Positions 18,615-28,280 of a DNA stretch of 64,000 bases are shown here, piece by piece. The notes beneath the pieces are model-generated. The model did not search any database. It saw only the letters and a program-made list of their open reading frames with translations, and was not told the DNA's origin. The position numbers and the translations under genes are program-made. This DNA is from Minisyncoccota bacterium (lineage in GTDB: Bacteria > Patescibacteriota > Minisyncoccia > Phycocordibacterales > CAJBRS01): contig DASRDX010000009.1 of assembly GCA_035652395.1 (NCBI GenBank), forward strand, positions 272,411 to 336,410, given 5' to 3'. Each line of letters opens with the position of its first letter. Position 1 is the first letter of the stretch.

Positions 18615-18684
18615 TTCTCGCAGTTTTTCTTCCGCTTCCAGATGCTAGTCTCGAATTTCTTCAAGACTAGCATCTGATAGCTGA

Positions 18685-19119
18685 CTAAATGACTCCGATT
18701 TCTCCCAATTTTTCCGCCAACTGATCAGCTTGTCGGAGAACTGTCTTTTTGTAATTGTTCCAACGTCTTTCGTTCCAGATCTCAATGCGGTTGTGAACGC
18801 CGGCAAAAACTACTTTATCTGTGAGCGCCGCAAACTCTTTTAAAAATTCAGGAATCAGGATGCGACCGATAGAATCAACTTCAATCTCGGCTGCGCCAGC
18901 TAACATAAAGCGATTAAAGCCTCGCGTGTCCTTCTGGCCAATTCCCAACGCTCCTAATTTTTCAGAGATCTTTTTCCACTCCGCCAGTGGATAGAGAAAG
19001 AGACAATTATCTAACCCGTGCGTCACAACTACTCTCTTCCCCACTTCTTTTCTGAAGCGTACCGGCAGAGAAATTCTTTTCTTGTCATCAACTGTGTGAA
19101 TATATTCGCCGATCAGCAT
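18685..19119 (-). CDS. mraZ: transcriptional regulator MraZ
   Basis: duplicated MraZ domain beginning MLIGEYIHTVDDKKRISLP. Confidence 0.9.
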   Translation of the reverse strand: MLIGEYIHTVDDKKRISLPVRFRKEVGKRVVVTHGLDNCLFLYPLAEWKKISEKLGALGIGQKDTRGFNRFMLAGAAEIEVDSIGRILIPEFLKEFAALTDKVVFAGVHNRIEIWNERRWNNYKKTVLRQADQLAEKLGEIGVI

Positions 19120-19212
19120 TTCATCTATATTAATTACGCGGTAGACGCTTGTGGCGAGAGAGAGTATTCCGAAATCTAAAGGCTTAGAAAAGATTTCGGA
19201 ATACCACTTCTT

Positions 19213-19270
19213 CCCACTTGATAACTATCATATCCCACACTTATCCACCTTTCAACAGAGTTATCCACAA
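19213..19270 (-). promoter_or_regulatory. putative MraZ operator: four GTGG(G/A) direct repeats overlapping a TATGAT -10-like box, about 100 nt upstream of mraZ
   Basis: seen in sequence; the E. coli MraZ operator consists of TGGG-type direct repeats. Confidence 0.4.
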
Positions 19271-19451
19271 TTCCCCATTTTGGCTCTAGGCTTCAATAAT
19301 CTGGGGTTTTCGATAGGTCGGCGGCCGAATTCTCGACAAACCCCAGATTATTTTCGCTAGACCGCCAAAAAGTTCTTCTAGACAACTACTGAAATAGATA
19401 ACTAAGAAAAATAAAAGTAGTTGGAAGAATAGATATTCTCTTCATAAAAAG

Positions 19452-19488
19452 AAAACGCCTTGGCGAGGGTAAGTCGCCAAGGCGTTTT
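19452..19488 (-). terminator. strong rho-independent terminator on the minus strand (15-bp stem aaaacgccttggcga/tcgccaaggcgtttt, then TTTTCTTTTT)
   Basis: seen in sequence; lies just downstream of the 19503 gene. Confidence 0.7.
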
Positions 19489-19502
19489 GAATTAAGCAGC
19501 TC

Positions 19503-20303
19503 TTAAGCCGCAATGAGCTTCGAACGTGGATCTTCGCATGGAATCCATTCTGTTGACTGTAGAACGGAAAATTCCACTTCCACTATTTCGCTCGGATCGA
19601 GTCGTCCATCTGGAAAGCGTTCCACCATCTCTTCTAGGGAGCCGGCAAACTTCTCTTCTTTGATCTCCCCATTATTGTCGAGCTCCTTGCGAATGACCAG
19701 ATAAAACTGGGCTGCCTGTTTAGGCGTTTCGACCGGCTTCTCCTCCACTCGCGTGTCACATACTTTTGGCCTCCGCGGATCCTTGCAGCGAACGAATCGG
19801 CCGTTCTTGCGCACGGAAAAGCCTGTGACATCGAGAAGATTGGCTTTCTCGATCTGCGAAAGAGATCCTTCCATCGTACCGCCCTTGTGGTAGACACGAT
19901 AGATTGTGATTTTCGCCTCAATCGCTCTGTAGCTTTCCTCGGTGGCATATTTGTCCGCTACGAATTCTCGGCCGCGAATTGTTCTTTTGTAAGCCACTCG
20001 GTCGCCCTTTTTGAGTTGGAAGGCCGGCCGGGATGGGCCACTGAAATAGGGTTCCGTTTCGCCGGGTGCCAAAATGTAAGCGCCGCTCTTGTCGAAACGA
20101 ATGAGTGGTGCTTTCTCCTCGTCTGGATGAATCATTCCAGACACATGATTGTCGTTGTAGATAGTTACTGTACCAAAAAGAGTTGGCCTCATGTTTTTAA
20201 AAACTGCAGACAGGCAAAAAATTAAGTCCGCGTGAGCGGACACCTGATTTGCGGATTTTACCGCTCTATTTAGAATTATAATACAATTTGGAGCAAATGT
20301 CAA
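19503..20303 (-). CDS. hypothetical protein (orphan; GC elevated; translationally coupled to lysS)
   Basis: ORF with no motif; start lies 2 nt after the lysS stop; the true start may be the internal Met at residue 38. Confidence 0.5.
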   Translation of the reverse strand: MTFAPNCIIILNRAVKSANQVSAHADLIFCLSAVFKNMRPTLFGTVTIYNDNHVSGMIHPDEEKAPLIRFDKSGAYILAPGETEPYFSGPSRPAFQLKKGDRVAYKRTIRGREFVADKYATEESYRAIEAKITIYRVYHKGGTMEGSLSQIEKANLLDVTGFSVRKNGRFVRCKDPRRPKVCDTRVEEKPVETPKQAAQFYLVIRKELDNNGEIKEEKFAGSLEEMVERFPDGRLDPSEIVEVEFSVLQSTEWIPCEDPRSKLIAA

Positions 20304-20305
20304 AC

Positions 20306-21763
20306 TTACTCTCGAGGTTTCAAAAGAGGGAAAATTTGGGTCTCGCGAACAGGTTTGTTGGCTAAGAAAGCGAAGAGGCGCTCGCTCATGCCAAAGCCGC
20401 AGGTTGGCGGCATACCGTACTCCAGAGCTTCTACGAATTCATGAGCGTGCATTTGAGCTTCTTCATCCCCTGCCTTGCGCAAATCAGCCTGGGATTTAAA
20501 GCGCTCATCCTGCTCAATGGGGTCGTTAAGCTCACTGTAGCCATTACCAAGTTCACTGCCGGCGATGATGGGCTGAAAGCGAGCGGTGACATTCGGATTT
20601 TTCGGATCGCTTTTAGCGAGCGGTGAGACTTCTTTTGGCACGCCGACTAGAAACCCCGGTCCCGTTAATTGCTTGCGACAATATTTCCAAATTGAATCCA
20701 GAGCTCGAGCTTTGTTCCAGCCTTTTCTGTCGTATTTAATTTTAAGCTCATCCAATTTATCTTCTATCTCATCGAGTGTCGCAGAACTAATATCGAGGTC
20801 CGTGTATTTTTTTATAGTCTCCGAATAATCATATCGCTCCCATTTTTTTGAAAGATCCACTTGATGTTCACCGATTTGAAATTGTAGAGTACCGAAAGTT
20901 TCTTCAGCCACATGTTTGTAAAGTCGTTCTACCAATTCCATACCTTTCTCATAGTCGGCATAAGCCCAGTAAAATTCCATCTGGGTGTAATCCTGGAGAT
21001 GCTCGGCCGAAATACCTTCATTTCTAAAGATGCGACCGATCTCAAAAGTTTTGGGAAGTCCCGCCACCATTAATTCCTTCTGCCAGAGCTCGCCGGCCGA
21101 AATGCGCAGATACACTTCCAAATCTAGAGCATTGTGATGAGTTTTGAAGGGTTTCGCGTCAGCTCCCCCCGTCGTGATCTCGAGAACCGGCGTCTCAATT
21201 TCCACAAAACCTTCCTTGATCAGAAAATCACGAACCGCTTTCCAGAAAATAGTTTTCTTCAGCAGAAGATCCTTTACTTCGGAGTTAAATAAAATATCAA
21301 GATATCGGCGGCGAAGTCTCTCTTCTACGTCCTGCAGGCCGTGCCATTTCTCCGGCAATGGTCGCAAGCTTTTGGAAAGCATCCGCCAGCTTTTCACTTC
21401 AACAGTGTGCTGGCCGCGACTGGTAGTAAAGAGGAAGCCGTTTACTTCAATGAAATCACCGATGTCGGAAGTTTCTAAGAATAAATCAAATTGATCGGTT
21501 TTATCTTTTGAAAGCAGGGCCTGAAATTTGACCGTACCGTCATAGAGATCGACAAATGAAAGAGCTCCTTGAGAGCGCGACGACATCATCCTTCCTCCAA
21601 CCGTCACTTCCTTCTTGGACGATTCAAGAGAGTTGAAGTTTTTTTCTGCCTCTGCCAGAGTCATTTGGATGGAGGTGGAAATCGGGTATGGATCCATACC
21701 GGTCTCTTTAAGCCGATTGAGTTTTTCCAGTCGAGTTTTGCGGATTTCTTCCAGTGAAGCCAT
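20306..21763 (-). CDS. lysS: lysyl-tRNA synthetase, class II
   Basis: OB-fold N-domain, class II motifs 1-3 (FEIGRIFRNEG). Confidence 0.95.
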   Translation of the reverse strand: MASLEEIRKTRLEKLNRLKETGMDPYPISTSIQMTLAEAEKNFNSLESSKKEVTVGGRMMSSRSQGALSFVDLYDGTVKFQALLSKDKTDQFDLFLETSDIGDFIEVNGFLFTTSRGQHTVEVKSWRMLSKSLRPLPEKWHGLQDVEERLRRRYLDILFNSEVKDLLLKKTIFWKAVRDFLIKEGFVEIETPVLEITTGGADAKPFKTHHNALDLEVYLRISAGELWQKELMVAGLPKTFEIGRIFRNEGISAEHLQDYTQMEFYWAYADYEKGMELVERLYKHVAEETFGTLQFQIGEHQVDLSKKWERYDYSETIKKYTDLDISSATLDEIEDKLDELKIKYDRKGWNKARALDSIWKYCRKQLTGPGFLVGVPKEVSPLAKSDPKNPNVTARFQPIIAGSELGNGYSELNDPIEQDERFKSQADLRKAGDEEAQMHAHEFVEALEYGMPPTCGFGMSERLFAFLANKPVRETQIFPLLKPRE

Positions 21764-21777
21764 TAGTAGATATTATA

Positions 21778-22242
21778 CTACTCAATGTCTATAACTTTGT
21801 AGCTCACTTGTCCTTTTGGAGTATTGAAAGAGAAGGAGTCGCCTTTTTTCTTGCCGGACATAGCCTGCCCAAGCGGTGAACGAAAAGAGATTTTGCCAGT
21901 GGCCGTGTCGGCCTCTTCGGAGCCGACTAATTTATATGTATGTTTTGCTTTCTCCCCTTCCTTCTGAACAATGACGGTGGAACCGACATCCACGATGGTA
22001 CTGTGATGAGGCGAGACAATTTCAGCCGACTTTAAAATATTTTCCAGTTTGCTGATGCGCTCCTCAATTTCCGCCTGCATGATTCGAGCTTCGTGATATT
22101 CGGCATTCTCGGAAAGATCGCCTAAAGATTTGGCAAACTCAAGATTGTCAGCCACTTCCTTGCGGCGGACTTTTTTTAGATGATCGAGCTCTTGGCTTAA
22201 TTCATCGTATTTTTCTTTGGTTAGATATTCTTTCTGGTCCAT
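21778..22242 (-). CDS. greA: transcription elongation factor GreA
   Basis: N-terminal coiled coil with GDLSENAEY and a C-terminal FKBP-like domain. Confidence 0.9.
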   Translation of the reverse strand: MDQKEYLTKEKYDELSQELDHLKKVRRKEVADNLEFAKSLGDLSENAEYHEARIMQAEIEERISKLENILKSAEIVSPHHSTIVDVGSTVIVQKEGEKAKHTYKLVGSEEADTATGKISFRSPLGQAMSGKKKGDSFSFNTPKGQVSYKVIDIE

Positions 22243-22267
22243 GGCTGTAAGCTGAAAATTAAAGGTA

Positions 22268-22296
22268 GATTGTACAGAGAATTAACTGGGGTGTCA
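22268..22296 (-). promoter_or_regulatory. sigma70-type promoter for greA: TTGACA -17- TACAAT on the minus strand
   Basis: seen in sequence; consensus-quality hexamers at the correct spacing about 25 nt upstream of the ATG. Confidence 0.6.
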
Positions 22297-22333
22297 ATAA
22301 AAAAGACCTTTAGCAAAGGCAAAAGGTCGGGTT

Positions 22334-22801
22334 CTAAAGCAGGTGCCAAATCGCAGACAGCAAGGTATCATTTTTGGCTACTTCTCGGTAGGAAGGACAG
22401 ATTTCAAAACACTGTCTCATTTTTTTTACCGCCTCGACTTCTTCTAATAAAATCACGTGGCAACACGCCAGATTATAGAAGTAGATTGGATTGCTCAACA
22501 ACATAACGGGTCCTTCGAGGAGCGTTTGTTTGGCTTCGCTTACTTTGCCAAGTCTAAACTGACAATAAGAGGCGTTCAGGTAGCCTTCGGCCTCGTCGGG
22601 GGCAATCCGGCAAACTTCCTGGCTAATACGAGCAGCCTCTTCCCACTTTTCCTCTTTCACAAGAAAGTGATACTTCAATTGAAGAGTCTTGATGTGAGTG
22701 GGGTATTCTTTTTCAATCTTGGCCAGGACTTGAAGAGATTCTTCCCTCATTCCAAGTTCCGCATATCCAATGGCATAGCAAATTTGGGTGTCGAAATTCA
22801 T
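22334..22801 (-). CDS. tetratricopeptide-repeat protein
   Basis: TPR-like helical repeats. Confidence 0.55.
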   Translation of the reverse strand: MNFDTQICYAIGYAELGMREESLQVLAKIEKEYPTHIKTLQLKYHFLVKEEKWEEAARISQEVCRIAPDEAEGYLNASYCQFRLGKVSEAKQTLLEGPVMLLSNPIYFYNLACCHVILLEEVEAVKKMRQCFEICPSYREVAKNDTLLSAIWHLL

Positions 22802-22866
22802 CTGTCCCTGATGCTATAACAGAGCTTTGATTTTTTCAATGGCGGTCGCCGCGAAGCGGCGACCGT

Positions 22867-24573
22867 TTAATGCAGATATTCCGGTGTGCTGGCAGACATC
22901 CAATCCACTAACTCACGCATAATGGCTGGCGCCCCGGAGGCATAGTGCGCCGGACCCTTCTCCATAACTAGAGCAAAAGCATATTCCGGATTCTCATATG
23001 GAAAGAAACCCTCTACCCAGGAGTTAACATACTGCTTGGCACTACCGAGTTCGGCCGTTCCTGTTTTAGCTGCTACTGCCACTGAAGAAGTATTGAGAGC
23101 GGTCACGGTGCCAGTCGTCACCGCTTCGCGCATCCCCTCTTTCACAATAGTGAAATCATTTGGATCTTTAATTGAAATAGTGGAAGTCTGGCCGCTTGAG
23201 GGTTGATTAAGAATAGTTGGCATTAAAAGAATTCCGTTGTTGGCAATTGCCGCTACCGCTCTAGCTGCCTGAATTGGTGTGACCTGAAAACCATATTGAC
23301 CGATCGCCGTATGATATGTGTCTCCCAAAAACCACTCTTCGCCGTTAAAATTCTTGGCCTTCCATTCAGGGCTGGGAATAGTGCCGGCCGGCCCGTCAAA
23401 AAATGTATTAGCTAAATCATGACCGAGCCCGAATAGATTGGCATACTTTTCAATATTGGAAATACCAAGGCCACGCTGATCCTGAAACCCGCCTCCGACT
23501 TCATAGAAATAAACGTCGGACGAAACGGCCAGAGCTTGACGCATGTCAGTCCAGCCATTGACTCGCCAGTCGTTGAAAATGGTTTTTTGTCCGGGATGGT
23601 ACGGATTGGGAATAGAAATAGAGCCGGTACTTAAAATCTTTTTGTCCGGAGAAATTACTCCTTCATTGAGGGCACCGATAGCTAAAAACGGTTTGACGAT
23701 AGAGCCCGGTGTATAAAGGCCGGCAACGGCTCGATCGAGAAAGGGATTGCTTGGATTGCTTAAATAATTTTTTACGGAAGTGGCTGCGCCTGTCGTCATG
23801 ATGTTGGAATCGTAATTGGGATAAGTGACTAAAGCTAAAATTTCACCGGTATGAACATTCATTAAAACGCCAGCTCCACCGGTAAAGCCGGAATTTTCGG
23901 CGGTGGAAGCAATTAGATTATAGAGCTTATTTTGCACTCTGGAGTCAATGGAAAGAGTTAGGGTTTTGCCATTTTGTGGCGGTTCTACCACGCTTTGAGA
24001 CTGGACATTACCCAAAGCATCAGTCTCGGTGATTTTCAAACCGTTCGAGCCGGCTAATTCCTTGTCGTAATATTTTTCCACTCCATCGGCCCCCAAATAA
24101 GTATCCCGATAATAAAACCCGGAAGTGTCTTTGGCCGGATATTTAACGTAACCGAGCAGATTGCTCAATCCTCCAAGATCCGTGTACTGTCGAAGGGAAT
24201 AATCAGTTTGGTCCGAAGCTACTTCATTCCAAGCCAGTTTTACGCCATTTCGATCGGTAATCAGCCCGCGGGAAGCAATGATGACATCGTTTCGCAAATG
24301 ATTGTTCTCGCTTCTTTTTTCGTAAACTGCTCCTTGAAGAATTTGCAGATTCCAGACCCGGCCGACAAAGACCAGAGCTACCAGAATAAAAAATCCGCCA
24401 ATATATAGAAGATTACGCCGCCCGATTGGTTTTTCCAGCCGTCCTTCAAATTGGTCAGTGTCAAAATCCGGTAAATTGCTTGAATCCAAAAAAATCTCGT
24501 CAGGGGCGATCTCATGACTGTTTGTTCGACGGAATGTCCGACTGAAAAATTTTTTAAATTTATTCCAACTCAT
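22867..24573 (-). CDS. mrdA: penicillin-binding protein 2 (elongation transpeptidase)
   Basis: SIVKP, SSD and KTGTAE motifs; lies immediately downstream of mreBCD. Confidence 0.85.
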   Translation of the reverse strand: MSWNKFKKFFSRTFRRTNSHEIAPDEIFLDSSNLPDFDTDQFEGRLEKPIGRRNLLYIGGFFILVALVFVGRVWNLQILQGAVYEKRSENNHLRNDVIIASRGLITDRNGVKLAWNEVASDQTDYSLRQYTDLGGLSNLLGYVKYPAKDTSGFYYRDTYLGADGVEKYYDKELAGSNGLKITETDALGNVQSQSVVEPPQNGKTLTLSIDSRVQNKLYNLIASTAENSGFTGGAGVLMNVHTGEILALVTYPNYDSNIMTTGAATSVKNYLSNPSNPFLDRAVAGLYTPGSIVKPFLAIGALNEGVISPDKKILSTGSISIPNPYHPGQKTIFNDWRVNGWTDMRQALAVSSDVYFYEVGGGFQDQRGLGISNIEKYANLFGLGHDLANTFFDGPAGTIPSPEWKAKNFNGEEWFLGDTYHTAIGQYGFQVTPIQAARAVAAIANNGILLMPTILNQPSSGQTSTISIKDPNDFTIVKEGMREAVTTGTVTALNTSSVAVAAKTGTAELGSAKQYVNSWVEGFFPYENPEYAFALVMEKGPAHYASGAPAIMRELVDWMSASTPEYLH

Positions 24574-24588
24574 TATTAATAGATGCTC

Positions 24589-24855
24589 TTAATAATACTT
24601 TAGCCGGGTTTTAAATAGATTAATAGCGATTAATAAAATAAAAGTGGTAGTGGTGAAAATAAGGGAAAATAGAAAAACTCTATCCTCACCGAGACCGTAG
24701 AGAATGTCCAGTAGAAATCCGACAAATAGAGCCTCATAAAACGGCGGCCGGGAGAAATAAAAAAGCGGCATTAAAAGAAGAAGTAAAGAAAGCCACCATG
24801 GACCGAGAAAAATAGTGAGGAGCAATAATAAATCTATGATTAAACGTCTGATCAT
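24589..24855 (-). CDS. mreD: rod shape-determining protein MreD-like (short, 88 aa)
   Basis: polytopic small membrane protein with a GFLLDILYG motif, located after mreC. Confidence 0.5.
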   Translation of the reverse strand: MIRRLIIDLLLLLTIFLGPWWLSLLLLLMPLFYFSRPPFYEALFVGFLLDILYGLGEDRVFLFSLIFTTTTFILLIAINLFKTRLKYY

Positions 24856-24856
24856 T

Positions 24857-25711
24857 TTATTTGGAAACTATCTCCAGCATTCTTAAAGTGTTGATATTGA
24901 CCGGTAATTTAAAATACAGAGTTTCAAATGAGCCGTTTGGGGGTGCCTCAATAGCTTCAATATTGCCCAACAAGATAGGATTTAATCCGCCGAGAAGGAC
25001 GGGATCTCCTTTATTAATTGGGGTGCCGACAGGCAAAGTGAGCTGCAAATTCTCTCCGCCGGCGCCAGTGGCGGTAGCCTTGGTGCTAGTGCCCACTATC
25101 ACCTGATTGCTTGAGCCTGGAGCAGAAAAGAGGCGAACGACCGAGGTGTCGGCGGAGACGGAGGCGATTTGGCCGACGGCCAAATTGCCATAAGCTAGGA
25201 CCATTTGACCGCTCTTGACGCCCTCATTGACACCGGCATCCACTACCATAGTGTCGTAGGGAGATTGCGGCGGCCAGACTAAAATGGTCGCCGCAATCAA
25301 CTTCTGGTTCCCCTTTCTTCCCAAAATTTCTTTCAAAGAATTATTTTCATCAATCACTGTCTGTTTGAGATTTGCTTCAGCTTGTAGCCGATTAACTTCA
25401 TCCAGCAATTTTTGATTTTCGGCGGCTAATTTTTCCTTACTTCTAAAACCGCTCCAAAAAGTACTTTGGCCGACAGCACTCGTCGCTTTCCAAACTGGCA
25501 CTCCGATTTTATTAAGAAGAGTGCCAAAGAATCCAGAGAATAGCCAGATTAACAAAATTAAAATAATAAAAATAATCACCGCTACAGTGATCCAGGAGAA
25601 TTGTCTGCTTCGCCGTCGATTATCTCTGGAGAGGTAGGTCATCTTCGTTCTCAATAAGGATTTCTTCAAAGTGCGGCAGATTTTCCAGAATAATACCGGT
25701 GCCGCGAGCAA
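24857..25711 (-). CDS. mreC: rod shape-determining protein MreC (true start probably at the internal Met near 25642)
   Basis: N-terminal TM, coiled coil, beta-rich C-terminus; operon context. Confidence 0.75.
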   Translation of the reverse strand: MLAAPVLFWKICRTLKKSLLRTKMTYLSRDNRRRSRQFSWITVAVIIFIILILLIWLFSGFFGTLLNKIGVPVWKATSAVGQSTFWSGFRSKEKLAAENQKLLDEVNRLQAEANLKQTVIDENNSLKEILGRKGNQKLIAATILVWPPQSPYDTMVVDAGVNEGVKSGQMVLAYGNLAVGQIASVSADTSVVRLFSAPGSSNQVIVGTSTKATATGAGGENLQLTLPVGTPINKGDPVLLGGLNPILLGNIEAIEAPPNGSFETLYFKLPVNINTLRMLEIVSK

Positions 25712-26684
25712 CGGAAGTCAGAGGATCATCAGCGATATGAACGGGCAGCCCGAGATATTCTTCCAACATTTCGCGCAAACCTTTAATCAAGGCTCCGCCG
25801 CCCACTAAATAAATACCCTGCCTCATGATGTCAGAGAGAATCTCCGGCGGAGTGGTCTCCAGCACTCCTTTGACGGCTTCAACCAGATTATCAATTGATG
25901 GTCCAATGGCTTCCCGAATGTCTGAATCAGTAATAATAACTTCCCGAGGCAAGCCCGTTACTAAATCTCGTCCGCGAACAGCTGCCTCAAGCGGCGGATT
26001 AACCGGCAGTACCGAGCCAATCATCATCTTAATAGTCTCGGCCGTTTTTTCACCGATTAATATTTTAAATTCGCTGCGAATATAAGAAACAATATCGTCG
26101 TTTAGTCTATCACCGGCAATTTTTAGATTTCTAGAACGGACAATACCGCCAAGAGAAATAACTGCAATGTCAGTGGTACCGCCACCAATATCAATTACCA
26201 TTGAACCGATCGGCTCGTGAATTGGCAGACGAATGCCAATAGCGGCCGACATAGGCTCTTCCACTAAATAAACTTCGCGGGCGCCGGCATTCTTGGTAGC
26301 GTCACGCACCGCACGCCGCTCCACATTGGTAATTCCCGATGGTACGCCAACTACCACCCGCGGCCCTAATAACTTACCTGAGCCCTGTTCAGCTTTCTTG
26401 ATGAGATATGACATCATTTCTTCCGTTACTTCAAAGTCTGAAATGACGCCATCAACCAGCGGTCGGACCGCTAAAATATGCGCTGGGGTGCGGCCGAGCA
26501 TTTCTTTGGCCTCCGCCCCTACCGCCACTACTCGGCCGGTTTTCTGATTGACCGCTACCACTGACGGTTCGTTCAGAATAATTCCCTGTCCAGAAACATA
26601 GACCAGCGTATTAGCCGTGCCGAGATCAATGCCGATCTCGTTTGAAAACCATTTTTGAAATTTCCCTCTTTTTGTTTTGACCAC
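25620..26684 (-). CDS. mreB: rod shape-determining protein MreB
   Basis: actin-fold signature motifs (IGIDLGTANTLVYV, GGGTTD). Confidence 0.95.
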   Translation of the reverse strand: MVKTKRGKFQKWFSNEIGIDLGTANTLVYVSGQGIILNEPSVVAVNQKTGRVVAVGAEAKEMLGRTPAHILAVRPLVDGVISDFEVTEEMMSYLIKKAEQGSGKLLGPRVVVGVPSGITNVERRAVRDATKNAGAREVYLVEEPMSAAIGIRLPIHEPIGSMVIDIGGGTTDIAVISLGGIVRSRNLKIAGDRLNDDIVSYIRSEFKILIGEKTAETIKMMIGSVLPVNPPLEAAVRGRDLVTGLPREVIITDSDIREAIGPSIDNLVEAVKGVLETTPPEILSDIMRQGIYLVGGGALIKGLREMLEEYLGLPVHIADDPLTSVARGTGIILENLPHFEEILIENEDDLPLQR

Positions 26685-26707
26685 TTAATTTTTTTGATAT
26701 TTACAAC

Positions 26708-27949
26708 TTACAGACTTTTTAATTCATCCTCGCCAATCATTTTCGTTTCGCCGCTAGCTCTCACTTTCATCTCCAATCGGCCGCTCTCCAGAGTCTTGTC
26801 GCTGACAATCACTCTATAAGGAAGACCGATTAAATCTGAATCTTGAAACTTCTCGCCCGCCCGCAAATCACGATCGTCATAAAGTACTTCCATCTTAGCA
26901 CTCATAAGGCCCTGATAAATCTCATCGGCCTTTTCTTTAGTCTTATCAGAGCCGGCCAGATGGATCAAATGAACTTTAAATGGGGCGACGCTTTCGGGCC
27001 AGACAATGCCCTTTTCGTCGCCCAGAACCTCTACGATGGTGCCAAGGAGACGTCCCACGCCGATACCGTAACTGCCCATAATTACCGGTTTTTCCTTCCC
27101 CTTTTCGTCAACAAATTTCAAATCTAGAGCCTCAGAATAGCGGGTTCCCAAACTAAAAATATTGCCCACTTCGATGGCTTTCTTCTCTTTTAAATCGGCC
27201 TTTTTGAGACCGGCCATTTTTAAGCCTTCATCATCATAGACTTCTTTATTAATTGCTAATCCCTTCTTTTCATCCACGTAAATTGTGTCCTCACCTGAAT
27301 CGCAGAGAGTTTGAAATTCGTGAGAATATTTGGAAAAAATTCCACCGCTGGCAAAAGTAAAGTAGGTTTTGTCTCCGATGCCGGCTCGCTCAAAGATTTT
27401 TCGATAGGCTTCTTCGGTTTTTTTATAAAAATCCTGATGCTCTTCTTCCGTCCGCGAGAAAGAATAAAGGTCCTTCATTAAAAATTCCCTTCCGCGCAGA
27501 ATACCGCTCTTGGCTCGAAGTTCATTTCGAAACTTAGTTTGAAATTGGTAAGCGTAGACTGGTAGATCACGATAAGACTTAACGAAACCCTTGACGATAT
27601 TAGTGAGCGGCTCTTCGTGAGTAACGGCCAGTCCGACTTCACTTTCATTTTTCAACTTTGTCTTAAACCAGTTATCAATCACCTCGTCACTCCAACGGCC
27701 GGATTTTTCCCAGAGAGTTTTGTCTTGGAGAGCGGTCAAAGAAAGCTCCTGCCCTCCAATAGCGTTCATTTCTTCTCGAATGATTTGTTCAATTTTTTCC
27801 CGCACTCTTAAGCCTAGCGGCAAAAAAGAATAAACACCCGCCATTTCCTTGTGAATGTAGCCGGCTCGGATTAGCAATTCGGCGTTTTTGGCTACTTCAT
27901 CTTTCGGCCCTTCGCGGCGGGTTTTAGTAAAGAGTTCAGATTGTCGCAT
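26708..27949 (-). CDS. proS: prolyl-tRNA synthetase (short form with anticodon-binding domain)
   Basis: ProRS N-terminus MRQSELFTKTRREGP; class II core; C-terminal anticodon-binding domain. Confidence 0.9.
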   Translation of the reverse strand: MRQSELFTKTRREGPKDEVAKNAELLIRAGYIHKEMAGVYSFLPLGLRVREKIEQIIREEMNAIGGQELSLTALQDKTLWEKSGRWSDEVIDNWFKTKLKNESEVGLAVTHEEPLTNIVKGFVKSYRDLPVYAYQFQTKFRNELRAKSGILRGREFLMKDLYSFSRTEEEHQDFYKKTEEAYRKIFERAGIGDKTYFTFASGGIFSKYSHEFQTLCDSGEDTIYVDEKKGLAINKEVYDDEGLKMAGLKKADLKEKKAIEVGNIFSLGTRYSEALDLKFVDEKGKEKPVIMGSYGIGVGRLLGTIVEVLGDEKGIVWPESVAPFKVHLIHLAGSDKTKEKADEIYQGLMSAKMEVLYDDRDLRAGEKFQDSDLIGLPYRVIVSDKTLESGRLEMKVRASGETKMIGEDELKSL

Positions 27950-27995
27950 TCAATAAATATAGCAGAAATAAGCCTTTTTTACATGGCTTAAACTT

Positions 27996-28280
27996 CTACG
28001 CGGCTGCTTCAAGTGGCGAATATAATTCCTCTTCAATAGAATCAAAAGCGGCTTCTTGTTCGGAAGGGTCAGCAGGCCAAAAATCGGGATTCTCTGTCAT
28101 TAATCTTTGAAATATTTCTCTAAAATCGTTGGAGTATTTATCGGTCCACCCTCCTTCGGTTTCGATATTCTTTGGAAGCTTGTGCTTTTGCAAATATCGC
28201 TTCATTAGACCAATTTCGATTTCCATCTTAATGGCCATTTCTGTTTTCGACTTTTTATTTTCAAAATTGATTGATTCCAT
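27996..28280 (-). CDS. hypothetical protein
   Basis: ORF only. Confidence 0.4.
   Translation of the reverse strand: MESINFENKKSKTEMAIKMEIEIGLMKRYLQKHKLPKNIETEGGWTDKYSNDFREIFQRLMTENPDFWPADPSEQEAAFDSIEEELYSPLEAAA

Noticed and set aside
19151-19360. 69-aa ORF upstream of mraZ
   Set aside because: It lies within the mraZ promoter/operator region and overlaps the MraZ boxes and hairpin, with no coding signal.
22803-22866. GC hairpin (ggtcgccgc gaa gcggcgacc) between mrdA and the TPR gene, considered as a terminator
   Set aside because: The T-run precedes and does not follow the stem on the plus strand (so an A-run follows it on the minus strand). It is not a canonical intrinsic terminator in either orientation.
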